64,000 nt of DNA from a bacterium (GTDB lineage Bacteria; Patescibacteriota; Patescibacteriia; UBA1558; UBA10009), in the NCBI GenBank assembly GCA_018672055.1, contig JABHGM010000001.1:72884-136883 (forward strand). The letters run 5' to 3'. The notes beneath the pieces are model-generated. The model ran no database searches. It saw only the letters and a program-made list of their open reading frames with translations, and had not been told where the DNA came from. Shown piece after piece: positions 28,889 through 38,018 of this stretch (within the stretch, counting starts at the first letter, position 1; every line of letters begins with the position of its first letter). Made by a program: the position numbers and the translations under genes.

Positions 28889-31266
28889 ACTACTAAGTTT
28901 ATTAATTTATTAGGAACATATATAAACTTTTTAATTTCATTACCATCAATAAACTTTTTAATCTTAGGTAAATCTAAAGCTTGTTTTTTAATATCTTTTT
29001 CAGAAATACCTCTATTTACAATAATCGTATCTCTTAACTTACCATTAACTTGGATAGCAATAGTAATTTTATCATCAATAATTAACTTCTCATCATACTT
29101 AGGCCACTTATTATTAAAAATTGTTTCTTTATTACCAATTTCTTCATTTATTTCTTCACATATATGCGGAGCAAAAGGAGCAAGTAATATTAAAAACTTA
29201 TTTAAACTATCCTTAGTTATATTTAACTTAGTAACTGTATTCATAAATTCCATCATTGAAGCAATGGCTGTATTAAAACTTAAATTCTCAATGTCTTCAG
29301 TAACCTTTTTAATAGTTTTATGTAATATCTTAGTAACTTCTTCATCATCTTTATCTGCTTCTTTCAAATTAGTACTATACTTATAAACTTTTTCTAAAAA
29401 TCTTCTAATACCAATAATGCCTCTCTTATTCCAAGGCTTAGAATCTTCTAAAGGTCCCATAAACATTTCATACATTCTCAAAGTATCAGCGCCAAATTCA
29501 TCAACTACATCATCTGGATTAATTACATTACCCCAACGCTTACTCATCTTACGAGAATCTTCAGCAAGTATTAATCCTTGATTTCTTATCTTAGTAAAAG
29601 GTTCATCAAAATTTAAATAGCCTTGATCTCTTAAAAACTTAGTAATAAATCTAGAATAAATTAAATGACCTACTGCATGTTCCATACCACCTATATATAA
29701 ATCAACTGGTAGCCAATACTTTAAACTTTTTTTACTAAAAGGTTCTTTATTATTACTAGCATCACAATATCTTAAAAAATACCAAGAAGAACAAACAAAT
29801 GTATCCATGGTATCTACCTCTCTCTTAGCCTTATCACCACATTTAGGACATTTAACATCGTGAAATGTTTTAGAATCAACTAACGGAGACTGACCAGTTG
29901 GCTTAAAATCAACGTCATCTGGTAATATAACTGGTAAATTCTTTTCGGGAACAGGTACAGTGCCACAGGCATCACAATAAATAATAGGTATAGGTGAACC
30001 CCAATATCTTTGCCTAGAAACTAACCAATCACGTATCTTATATTGTGTCTCTAAATAGCCATCTACCTTATTAGTTATTTTTTTAATAGCTTCACTAGAA
30101 GTTAAGCCATCAAATTTATCACTATTTATTAATATACCATCTCCAGTAAATAATTCTTCTTTATTATCGTCTGACTTAATTACATCAATAATTTCTAAAT
30201 TATATTTCTTGGCAAATTCATAATCGCGCTCATCATGAGCTGGAACTGCCATAATAGCTCCTGTACCATAATTTGTTAATACATAATCTGCAATATATAT
30301 AGGTATTTCTTTGTCATTTGCAGGATTTATAGCAATCAAACCTTTTAATTTAATGCCTGATTTTTCTTTATTCAGATCCGTTCTCTCTAAATTACTTTTT
30401 GATTTAGATTTTTCTATATATTTTTCTACTTCTTTAAAATTTTCTATGTTACCTTTTAACTTATTTACTAATTCATGCTCTGGAGCTAAAACCATATAGG
30501 TTGCCCCAAATAGAGTATCGGGTCTAGTTGTAAAAACTTCAATTTGATCATCGGTTGTTAATACTTTAAATTTAAGTCTAGCGCCTTCTGACTTACCTAT
30601 CCAATTTTTTTGAGTCGTCTTTAAAGCTTGTGACCAATCTAGGCCATCTATCTTTTCTAAAAGCTCTTCAACATATTCTGTTGTTTTAAAAAACCATTGA
30701 TTTAAATCTTTTTGAATAACATCATTTTCGCATCTTTCACATTTACCCTGAACTACTTGTTCATTAGCTAAAACCGTCTTACAAGAATCACACCAATTAA
30801 CAGGTGCTTTCTTTTTATAAGCTAAATCTTTTTCATAAAGCTTAAGAAATAACCATTGAGTCCATTTATAATAATCAGGTGATGAAGTATTTACTTCACG
30901 ACTCCAATCATATGAAAAACCTAAAGATTTAATTTGTCTTTTAAATGTTTTGATATTTTCTTTAGTCTTTTCTCTTGGATGAACGCCTTCTTTAATTGCA
31001 AAGTTTTCAGCAGGTAAACCAAAAGAATCCCAACCCATTGGTTGCAATACATTAAAACCTTGAAACCTATAATACCTACTAGCTATATCAGTAGCTGTAT
31101 AACCTTCTGGATGTCCAACATGAAGACCATCACCTGAAGGATATGGAAACATACCAAGAATATACTTCTTCTTACCTTTGCCATTTTCAACTCGATTAAT
31201 TTCTAGTTGATCCCACTTAGCTTGCCATTTTTTCTCTATTTTTTGATGATTGTAATATGTAGTCAT
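28885..31266 (-). CDS. leuS: Leucyl-tRNA synthetase
   Basis: MFPYPSGDGLHVGHPEGY (HIGH-like) and KMSKRWGN (KMSKS) motifs. Overall LeuRS N-terminal signature WQAKW. Confidence 0.9.
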   Translation of the reverse strand: MTTYYNHQKIEKKWQAKWDQLEINRVENGKGKKKYILGMFPYPSGDGLHVGHPEGYTATDIASRYYRFQGFNVLQPMGWDSFGLPAENFAIKEGVHPREKTKENIKTFKRQIKSLGFSYDWSREVNTSSPDYYKWTQWLFLKLYEKDLAYKKKAPVNWCDSCKTVLANEQVVQGKCERCENDVIQKDLNQWFFKTTEYVEELLEKIDGLDWSQALKTTQKNWIGKSEGARLKFKVLTTDDQIEVFTTRPDTLFGATYMVLAPEHELVNKLKGNIENFKEVEKYIEKSKSKSNLERTDLNKEKSGIKLKGLIAINPANDKEIPIYIADYVLTNYGTGAIMAVPAHDERDYEFAKKYNLEIIDVIKSDDNKEELFTGDGILINSDKFDGLTSSEAIKKITNKVDGYLETQYKIRDWLVSRQRYWGSPIPIIYCDACGTVPVPEKNLPVILPDDVDFKPTGQSPLVDSKTFHDVKCPKCGDKAKREVDTMDTFVCSSWYFLRYCDASNNKEPFSKKSLKYWLPVDLYIGGMEHAVGHLIYSRFITKFLRDQGYLNFDEPFTKIRNQGLILAEDSRKMSKRWGNVINPDDVVDEFGADTLRMYEMFMGPLEDSKPWNKRGIIGIRRFLEKVYKYSTNLKEADKDDEEVTKILHKTIKKVTEDIENLSFNTAIASMMEFMNTVTKLNITKDSLNKFLILLAPFAPHICEEINEEIGNKETIFNNKWPKYDEKLIIDDKITIAIQVNGKLRDTIIVNRGISEKDIKKQALDLPKIKKFIDGNEIKKFIYVPNKLINLVV

Positions 31267-31626
31267 ATTTACTTTATTCTAGCTAAAAATCAAGATAATT
31301 TCAAGACAAGCTTATTAAATTATAAATTGACCAAAACAGCATATTATGGTACTTTTAAAACCAGTTAAAAAATTAACTAAAAACATATATCCTCTGAATT
31401 AAAACAGAAAGTATTAACTGGCATAGTTAAAGCCATAAAAAGCTTAACTAATCTAAAAAGCCCTTTTAAAATATTAGGTAAGTTACTTATTAAACCTTTT
31501 TTAGTTATTTATAAGATATTCTTTCATATAATAATACTGCCTTTATATAAAATAAAAAGATTATTTAAAAAGAAAAAAGATGTAGTTAAAGAAGATAAAT
31601 TAATTAGCTATAACTACTCTCTTTAC

Positions 31627-32712
31627 TTGCCTTTAATTATTATACTATTAATTAGTTCAACCGGCTTTATTTCAAATTTAAAAGCTAAAGAAGTTAGACC
31701 AGAAAACTATGGTAAAACCAATATTCTATTTAATATGATAGCCCAAGATGAACTTTTCTTAGAAGATGAAGAATCATATGAAGAAATAATAGAAGGTCCT
31801 CTACCTCAAGAAACTACACAAACTTCTTATTTAGAAGGTGAAGTATTAATATCAGATAACGAAGTTTTAGAAGAAGATGAAGGTATTGATACTTTAGTAA
31901 CCACAACTTCGGATTCAGCTAGTTTAATTTCACCTGAAATTACAGATCCTGAAGTAGTTACTAAAAAGCGCGATAAGGTTATTGATTACGTAGTTCAAAT
32001 TGGTGATACTATAAGTACTATTGCTCAAAAATTTAGTATTTCTACCAATTCCATACTTTGGGAAAATAGCTTAAGCTACTATTCAACAATTAAACCTGGT
32101 CAAACTTTAAAAATATTACCTACCTCTGGTATTAATTACAAAATAAAAAGTGGAGACACTATACAAAAGATAGTTAAAAAATATGGCGGTAGCACTAAAG
32201 AAATTATTGAATTCAATAAATTAACAGATGCTTCAGATATAGTAATAGGTCAAGAAATAATAATTCCTAGTGGTAAAAAACCAGTTAGTTACCCAGTTCG
32301 ACCTTCTAATCCAACTAATACATCTTTTTCTCAGGCAACCACAGTTAGTAATGCTAAATTACAATGGCCAACTAATTCATCTAGAATTACTCAATATTAT
32401 GGTTGGCGACATACTGGTTTAGATATTGGTAATAAGACAGGTCAGCCAATTTATGCATCTGAGTCTGGTAAAATTACCAAAGCCGGTTGGAATAGAGGTG
32501 GCTATGGTTATTATATTATGATTAATCATGGCGGTGGACTTGAAACACTATATGCTCATTTATCAAGAATAGATGTTAAGATAGGTCAAAACGTAAGTCG
32601 TGGACAAGTAATTGGTGGTATTGGCTCTACAGGTAGATCAACTGGACCACATATTCACTTTGAAGTTAGAGTTAATAATAGAAGAAGTAACCCGCTTAGT
32701 TATATAAGATAA
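31627..32712 (+). CDS. LysM-domain M23 family peptidase (start codon uncertain; TTG called)
   Basis: Two LysM motifs (YVVQIGDTISTIAQKF, YKIKSGDTIQKIVKKYG). C-terminal M23 signature GLDIGNKTGQPIYASESGKI...HLSRIDVKIGQNVSRGQVIGGIGSTGRSTGPHIHFEVR. Confidence 0.8.
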   Translation: MPLIIILLISSTGFISNLKAKEVRPENYGKTNILFNMIAQDELFLEDEESYEEIIEGPLPQETTQTSYLEGEVLISDNEVLEEDEGIDTLVTTTSDSASLISPEITDPEVVTKKRDKVIDYVVQIGDTISTIAQKFSISTNSILWENSLSYYSTIKPGQTLKILPTSGINYKIKSGDTIQKIVKKYGGSTKEIIEFNKLTDASDIVIGQEIIIPSGKKPVSYPVRPSNPTNTSFSQATTVSNAKLQWPTNSSRITQYYGWRHTGLDIGNKTGQPIYASESGKITKAGWNRGGYGYYIMINHGGGLETLYAHLSRIDVKIGQNVSRGQVIGGIGSTGRSTGPHIHFEVRVNNRRSNPLSYIR

Positions 32713-32787
32713 GCCCCTGTGGTGAAATGGATATCACGTTTGGCTTCGGACCAAAAATTTTAGGTTCAACTCCTGACGGGGGCACCA
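32713..32787 (+). tRNA. tRNA-Arg (anticodon TCG), CCA encoded
   Basis: Manual fold: acceptor GCCCCTG/CGGGGGC, D stem GTGA/TCAC, anticodon stem TTTGG/CCAAA with loop CTTCGGA, T-loop TTCAACT, 3' ACCA. Confidence 0.8.
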
Positions 32788-32809
32788 AATTAATAAAATA
32801 AAAAAATAT

Positions 32810-33001
32810 ATGAAAAAAATTATATTTTCCCTACTATTACTTTTACCAACTATGGTAAAAGCTCATACTAATATAAATGAAGTTCATGATCATTTTCATA
32901 GATACTTAAATCATTCCGTACTTGGTATTGAACACATTATTTTATTAGTTGCTCTTAGTTTATCGCTAATTGTTATATATAAAAAAATAGTAAAAAATTA
33001 G
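32810..33001 (+). CDS. Small His-rich membrane-anchored protein, hypothetical
   Basis: Signal peptide. HTNINEVHDHFHRYLNHSVLGIEH His-rich segment. C-terminal TM helix. Confidence 0.4.
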   Translation: MKKIIFSLLLLLPTMVKAHTNINEVHDHFHRYLNHSVLGIEHIILLVALSLSLIVIYKKIVKN

Positions 33002-33006
33002 ATATA

Positions 33007-33047
33007 AAAAAATTCGCTATTTAGTAAAGTAACGAATTTTTTATTTA
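33007..33047. terminator. Bidirectional terminator between the 63-aa ORF and pilT
   Basis: AAATTCG ... CGAATTT stem flanked by A and T runs. Confidence 0.5.
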
Positions 33048-33049
33048 TC

Positions 33050-34084
33050 TTATATTTTAGGTAAATTCTGGGTATAATAATTTGCTGTTTCTTCATTAAT
33101 TATTTCATCTTTTAAAAGTCTAGTTAAATCTTGTTCTAAAGTAATCATCCCATCATCAGCACTAGTTTGAATGGCTGTTTTAATTTGAGGTATCTTATTC
33201 TCACGAATAATATTTGATATAGCTGGTGTATTAATTAATATTTCACGAGCAGCAACTCTTCCACCACCAATGCTAGGTAATAATTGTTGACTAATCACTC
33301 CATTCAAAGACATAGAAAGTTGTAACCTGACCTGATTCTGTTGATAGGGAGGAAAAACATCTACAATACGATCGATAGTTTGTCCTGCATTATGTGTATG
33401 CAAAGTAGCAATTACTAAATGACCTGTTTCAGCTAGAGTTAATGTAGCGGCTATTGTTTCTAAGTCCCTCATCTCACCTATCATTATAACATTTGGATCT
33501 TGTCTTAAAACATGTTTTAATGCAGATTCAAAACTAACCATATCTGTACCCAACTGTCTTTGCCTAATAATACTTTTTTCAGGAGTAAAAATAAATTCAA
33601 TGGGATCTTCTAAAGTTATAATATTAGCTACTCTTTCAGAGTTTATTAAATTAATCATAGCAGCTAAAGAAGTAGACTTACCACAACCAGTTGGACCTGT
33701 CACTAAAATTAAACCTTGATGAGCTCTAGTCATTTCATAGACTACTTGAGGCATACTAAGCTCATCCATACTTGGCATTTCTGCATTAATAATACGAGCA
33801 GCTAAAGATAAATTATCTTTCTCTTTAAAAACGTTTACCCTAAACCTTGAACCATCTTCCGTTTCATATGAAAAATCTAAATCTTTTTTTACAAGAAATT
33901 TTTCTTTTTGTTCAGGAGTAAGTAAACTTAATATACTTTTTTCAACATCTTGCTTATTAAGCTCTGTACCTTTTATTGGTTTAAGTTCACCATCAATTCT
34001 AAGCATTACTGGCTTATCAACTATTAAGTGAATATCTGAAGCTTTTTTAGCTACTGCATTTTTAAACTGTTCATTTATATTCAT
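33050..34084 (-). CDS. pilT: Type IV pilus retraction ATPase PilT
   Basis: GPTGCGKSTSLAAMIN (Walker A), IITLEDPIEF, DPNVIMIGEMRDLET, TLHTHNAGQTIDRI. Confidence 0.85.
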   Translation of the reverse strand: MNINEQFKNAVAKKASDIHLIVDKPVMLRIDGELKPIKGTELNKQDVEKSILSLLTPEQKEKFLVKKDLDFSYETEDGSRFRVNVFKEKDNLSLAARIINAEMPSMDELSMPQVVYEMTRAHQGLILVTGPTGCGKSTSLAAMINLINSERVANIITLEDPIEFIFTPEKSIIRQRQLGTDMVSFESALKHVLRQDPNVIMIGEMRDLETIAATLTLAETGHLVIATLHTHNAGQTIDRIVDVFPPYQQNQVRLQLSMSLNGVISQQLLPSIGGGRVAAREILINTPAISNIIRENKIPQIKTAIQTSADDGMITLEQDLTRLLKDEIINEETANYYTQNLPKI

Positions 34085-34138
34085 AATTATTAAATAAAGT
34101 ATTAGTATTTAAATTATAGCATAAATAGTAAAAAACGT

Positions 34139-34167
34139 CTTGACTTTTTGCTTTAAGTGTGCTATAC
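34139..34167 (+). promoter_or_regulatory. Sigma70-like promoter TTGACT-N17-TATACT
   Basis: Consensus hexamers upstream of the 34231 ORF, followed by a 7-bp 5' UTR hairpin ACATACC/GGTATGT. Confidence 0.5.
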
Positions 34168-34230
34168 TGTATTTATGACATACCAAAAAGAGGTATGTTT
34201 TCATATATATAAAATAAAAACAAAAAAATT

Positions 34231-34650
34231 ATGCGAAATTTTAAAAAGTCATGTCAGAAGTCATGCAAAAAGTGTAAAAAATATTTATGCCAAGAAATCA
34301 AGTTTAATCTTGATAAATGTCATGAGTATTTATTACGTAGTACTTATGTATTATGTGCCTGCTTAGTAGTATATTCACTACTTATGCTCAACGGCGTACT
34401 AGCTACAAGTAATGAGAGCTTTGTCTCTAAAACAAATAACTATATAGCTTATGCCGCAGAAGACATATGGATGGATACAGTTATCTTCTCTGAAAAAACC
34501 GGAGAAGCATATAATAAGCTACAGAGCATAACAATTAATACAGCAGTCCGTAGCATGACTAAACTAATAGTTAAAACTGGAGACATTCTAGCTGAAATTC
34601 CTGATATTCTAACAGCTCCTCCACCCCAAGTAATGGCCCGAGGCTCATAA
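34231..34650 (+). CDS. Hypothetical small secreted/membrane protein (Cys/Lys-rich N-terminus, hydrophobic anchor)
   Basis: 139-aa ORF behind a strong promoter. An alternative overlapping frame (34157..34366) exists; chosen on length only. Confidence 0.35.
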   Translation: MRNFKKSCQKSCKKCKKYLCQEIKFNLDKCHEYLLRSTYVLCACLVVYSLLMLNGVLATSNESFVSKTNNYIAYAAEDIWMDTVIFSEKTGEAYNKLQSITINTAVRSMTKLIVKTGDILAEIPDILTAPPPQVMARGS

Positions 34651-34679
34651 TTGACTTTAACTACAATTTAACATATACT
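34651..34679 (+). promoter_or_regulatory. Sigma70-like promoter TTGACT-N17-TATACT driving the valS T-box leader
   Basis: Consensus hexamers with 17-nt spacer immediately after the stop of the upstream ORF. Confidence 0.55.
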
Positions 34680-34685
34680 GAGGAT

Positions 34686-34876
34686 ACAACTTACAAAAGT
34701 GTATCCTCTTTTTATAGGATAGCTTTGAGAATAATGTCACTCAAAGAAACTGCTAAAAGAAACCAAATAAATGGAAGTAGACTTAGCCGGGTTCGCCCGT
34801 AATAGCGAAGACTTAAGTAAAAGTTAAGGTGGTACCGCCAGAGATGGCCCTTTAAACAGAAGGGCTTTTTATTTAT
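34686..34876 (+). promoter_or_regulatory. T-box riboswitch leader, valine specifier (GUC), with terminator/antiterminator
   Basis: T-box core AAGTTAAGGTGGTACCGCC (34821-34839). Specifier-loop hairpin CTTTGAG-aataatGTCa-CTCAAAG with GTC followed by A (34736-34738). Terminator GGCCCTT-taaacag-AAGGGCT plus T-run (34846-34876), ending 15 nt before the valS ATG. Confidence 0.8.
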
Positions 34877-34890
34877 CTTAAAATAACTAT

Positions 34891-37800
34891 ATGAAAGATT
34901 TACCAAAAATATATAATTCAAAAAGTTTTGAAGACAAAATATACTTGAAATGGGAAGAGTCTGGATTTTTTAATCCAGATAATTTACCAGAAAGAAATAA
35001 AAAATCTTTCACTATTTCTCTACCACCACCTAATGTAACGGGTCAGTTACATTTAGGTCACGCTGCTATGCTCGCCTATCAAGATACTATGACTAGATAT
35101 CATAGATTAATTGGTGATAAAACATTATGGTTGCCAGGCATGGATCATGCAGCCATAGCTACTCAATCTGTTGTAGAAAAAAAATTAAATAAAAAGAAAA
35201 AAACAAGACATGATTTAGGTAGAGAAAAATTCTTGAAAGAAGTAAATAATTTTGCTGAAGACTCTAAAAAAACAATTAGAAACCAAATCAAAAAGATGGG
35301 TTCTTCTTTAGACTGGTCTAGAGAACACTTTACCTTAGATGAAGACCTTTCAATTGCGGTCAAAACTGTTTTTAAAAAAATGTATGATGATGGATTAATA
35401 TATAAAGGTGATCGAGTAGTTAATTGGTGCCCTACGTGTCAATCAACTTTAGCTGATGATGAAGTAGAATATGTCGAGAAAAAAGCACCTTTCTATTATT
35501 TTAAATATGGTCCAGTAATAATTGGTACAGCACGTCCTGAAACTAAATTTAGTGACAAAGTAATAATAGTTCACCCTAAAGATAAGAGATATAAAGATAT
35601 AATAGGTAAAGAATTTAACGTTGAATGGATTGAAGGCAAAATTAAAGCTAAAGTAATTGCTGATATAATTGCTGATATGGAAATTGGTACTGGTGCTATG
35701 ACCATTACTCCAGCTCACAGTATGGTTGATTTTGAACTAGCACAGAAATATGATCTAAAAGTTGAAAAAATTATTGATAAAGATGGTAAGTTAACATCTG
35801 CTGCTGGCTCTATGGCTGGCCTGGACGTTGAAAAAGCTAGAAAAAAAGTAGTTGAAATACTAGATAAAAAAGGTTTAGTTCATGAAATAGATAATAACTA
35901 TACTCATAACCTGTCAATCTGCTATAGATGTTCTACTCCCATAGAACCACTCCCCTCCAAACAATGGTTTGTTGATGTAAATAAGAAAGTACCTGGTAGA
36001 AATAAATCACTCAAACAATTAGCTTCAGAAGTAGTAGAAAGCGGGGAAATTAAAATGATACCTAATAGATTTAATAAAACATATTTCCAATGGATGGATA
36101 ATTTAAGAGATTGGTGTATTAGTAGACAAATCTGGTATGGTCACAGAATCCCTGTTTGGTATAAAGAGCCAATAGAGATAACATACTTTGTTCATGGTAC
36201 AACCCCTGATAATGAAAAAAGTATAGCCACTGGTCTAAATGATGTAAGTCTTTCTGAATTAGGCATAAAACAATCAAAAGAACTTAAAAAAACTTTAAAA
36301 GATAAGAAGTTTGATGTAATAATAACTTCTGATCTAAAAAGAGCTACTGAATCAGCGAATTATGCTTTTGGTAAAGATTATATAACTGATAAACGTTTAA
36401 GAGAAATTAATTATGGTGATATGACAGGTAAGTCTTCTAAGGAAGTATATGATTTAAAGAAAGAAACTATTAATGAACCTTACCCTAACGGAGAAAGTCA
36501 TAAAAATGTTGAAAAAAGAATGCGAGATTTAATAGATGATATTTCTAAAAAATATAAAGGTAAAAAAATAGCTATTATAGCTCATCAAGCAACTCAACAA
36601 GCTCTAGATGTTATACTGAAAGGAAAAACCTGGAAACAGGCCTTTGATGAAGATTGGAGAAACACAAAAGCTTGGCAACCAGGCTGGAAATATAAAATAG
36701 AAACTGATGATGAAACATATGTTGGTTTAGAAACTCCAAAAGGAAAAGATTGGATTCAAGATGAAGACACGCTAGATACTTGGTTTTCTTCTTCATTATG
36801 GACGTTTAGTACTTTAGGCTGGCCAGAAAAAACAAATGATTTAAAAACATTCCATCCTACTCAAGTAATGGAAACTGGTTATGATATACTATTTTTCTGG
36901 GTAGCTCGTATGATAATCATGTCTACTTATGTATTAGAAGAAATACCATTTCATAATGTTTACTTACACGGTTTAATCAGAGATAAAGAAGGTAAAAAAA
37001 TGTCTAAGAGCCTAGGAAATGGTATTGACCCTCTTGAAATGATAGATAAATATGGAGCTGATGCCTTAAGACTCTCTATGATTGTTGGTAGCACTCCTGG
37101 TAATGATTTAAGATTATATGAAGAAAAGATTCAAGGTTATAGGAATTTCATAAATAAACTATGGAATATTTCTAGATATATACTAACTACTGTTAAAAAG
37201 GTAGAACAAATTAAAAAAGAAGATCTTGAACCTCAAACAATGGCTGATTATTGGATTCTAAATCAATTAAATAATATAATTGATAATACTACGGATAATT
37301 TAGAAAATTTCAAATTTTCTCAAGCTGGCGAAGAATTATATGAATTTACTTGGAATAAACTAGCTAATTGGTATATAGAAATAGCTAAGATAGAAGGAAA
37401 TAAAGATAAAATATTATTATATATCCTAGAAAAACTATTAATCCTATGGCACCCAATGTGTCCCTTTATTAGTGAAGTAATTTGGGAACAATTTAATAGT
37501 AAAGAATTACTTATAATAAGTAACTGGCCAAATAAATTAAAATTAAAAGAAAAAGAAGTAAAAGAATTTGATTTGATTCAAGAAATTATTAGTGCTATAA
37601 GAAATGCTAGGGCTGAACATAAAGCTAATACTAAAAAAACATACAGTTGCTCTATTTCAACAAAAAATCAAAAGCTAATTGAAGATAATAAAGAAATAAT
37701 TGAAAAACTAGGAAAAGTAAAAATTACACCTAAATCACCAGGTATAAAATTAAATGTAAATAATGTGGATATAATACTAGATATTAATGAAAGTCCTGAA

Positions 37801-37971
37801 GTAAAAAAGAATAAAGAAAAAAGTATTATTAATTTAGAAAGATATATTGGAATTCAAGAAAATAAATTAAAAAATAAATCTTTTTCTAAAAATGCACCCC
37901 CAGATGTAATATTAAAAGAAGAAGAAAAGTTAAAACAAGCAAAAGTAGAATTAGAAAAACTAACTAGTTAA
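34891..37971 (+). CDS. valS: Valyl-tRNA synthetase with ~190-aa inserted histidine-phosphatase-like domain
   Basis: PPNVTGQLHLGHA, WCPTCQSTLADDEVE, WCISRQIWYGHRIPVWY, DTWFSSSLWTFSTLGWP, KMSKSLGN. Insertion at ~aa 425-625 carries YFVHGTTPDN, SDLKRATESA, PNGESHKNVEKR and IAIIAHQATQQAL motifs. Confidence 0.9.
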   Translation: MKDLPKIYNSKSFEDKIYLKWEESGFFNPDNLPERNKKSFTISLPPPNVTGQLHLGHAAMLAYQDTMTRYHRLIGDKTLWLPGMDHAAIATQSVVEKKLNKKKKTRHDLGREKFLKEVNNFAEDSKKTIRNQIKKMGSSLDWSREHFTLDEDLSIAVKTVFKKMYDDGLIYKGDRVVNWCPTCQSTLADDEVEYVEKKAPFYYFKYGPVIIGTARPETKFSDKVIIVHPKDKRYKDIIGKEFNVEWIEGKIKAKVIADIIADMEIGTGAMTITPAHSMVDFELAQKYDLKVEKIIDKDGKLTSAAGSMAGLDVEKARKKVVEILDKKGLVHEIDNNYTHNLSICYRCSTPIEPLPSKQWFVDVNKKVPGRNKSLKQLASEVVESGEIKMIPNRFNKTYFQWMDNLRDWCISRQIWYGHRIPVWYKEPIEITYFVHGTTPDNEKSIATGLNDVSLSELGIKQSKELKKTLKDKKFDVIITSDLKRATESANYAFGKDYITDKRLREINYGDMTGKSSKEVYDLKKETINEPYPNGESHKNVEKRMRDLIDDISKKYKGKKIAIIAHQATQQALDVILKGKTWKQAFDEDWRNTKAWQPGWKYKIETDDETYVGLETPKGKDWIQDEDTLDTWFSSSLWTFSTLGWPEKTNDLKTFHPTQVMETGYDILFFWVARMIIMSTYVLEEIPFHNVYLHGLIRDKEGKKMSKSLGNGIDPLEMIDKYGADALRLSMIVGSTPGNDLRLYEEKIQGYRNFINKLWNISRYILTTVKKVEQIKKEDLEPQTMADYWILNQLNNIIDNTTDNLENFKFSQAGEELYEFTWNKLANWYIEIAKIEGNKDKILLYILEKLLILWHPMCPFISEVIWEQFNSKELLIISNWPNKLKLKEKEVKEFDLIQEIISAIRNARAEHKANTKKTYSCSISTKNQKLIEDNKEIIEKLGKVKITPKSPGIKLNVNNVDIILDINESPEVKKNKEKSIINLERYIGIQENKLKNKSFSKNAPPDVILKEEEKLKQAKVELEKLTS

Positions 37972-37982
37972 TATAATACAAA

Positions 37983-38008
37983 AATCCAGAGTTAAATCTC
38001 TGGATTTT
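37983..38008. terminator. Bidirectional terminator between valS and pilB (convergent)
   Basis: AAATCCAGAG-ttaaat-CTCTGGATTT, a perfect 10-bp stem with flanking T/A runs. Confidence 0.7.
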
Positions 38009-38018
38009 ATAATATATA

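Noticed and set aside
31267-31626. T-box or other riboswitch upstream of leuS (minus strand).
   Set aside because: No GGUGGUACCGCG-type T-box core or specifier hairpin found on the minus strand here. The region is AT-rich with no obvious structure.
34157-34366. Alternative 69-aa frame overlapping the 34231..34650 ORF.
   Set aside because: Shorter and overlapping; kept the longer frame, but neither has family support. Low confidence either way.
34712-34921. 69-aa minus-strand ORF overlapping the valS leader and start.
   Set aside because: The region is explained by the plus-strand T-box leader (T-box core, specifier hairpin, terminator) and the valS start.
36163-36765. Intein or mobile-element insertion in valS.
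   Set aside because: The insert lacks intein junction residues (no Cys/Ser at the N-junction, no His-Asn plus Cys/Ser/Thr at the C-junction). Instead it carries the four conserved histidine-phosphatase motifs, and base composition matches the host gene.
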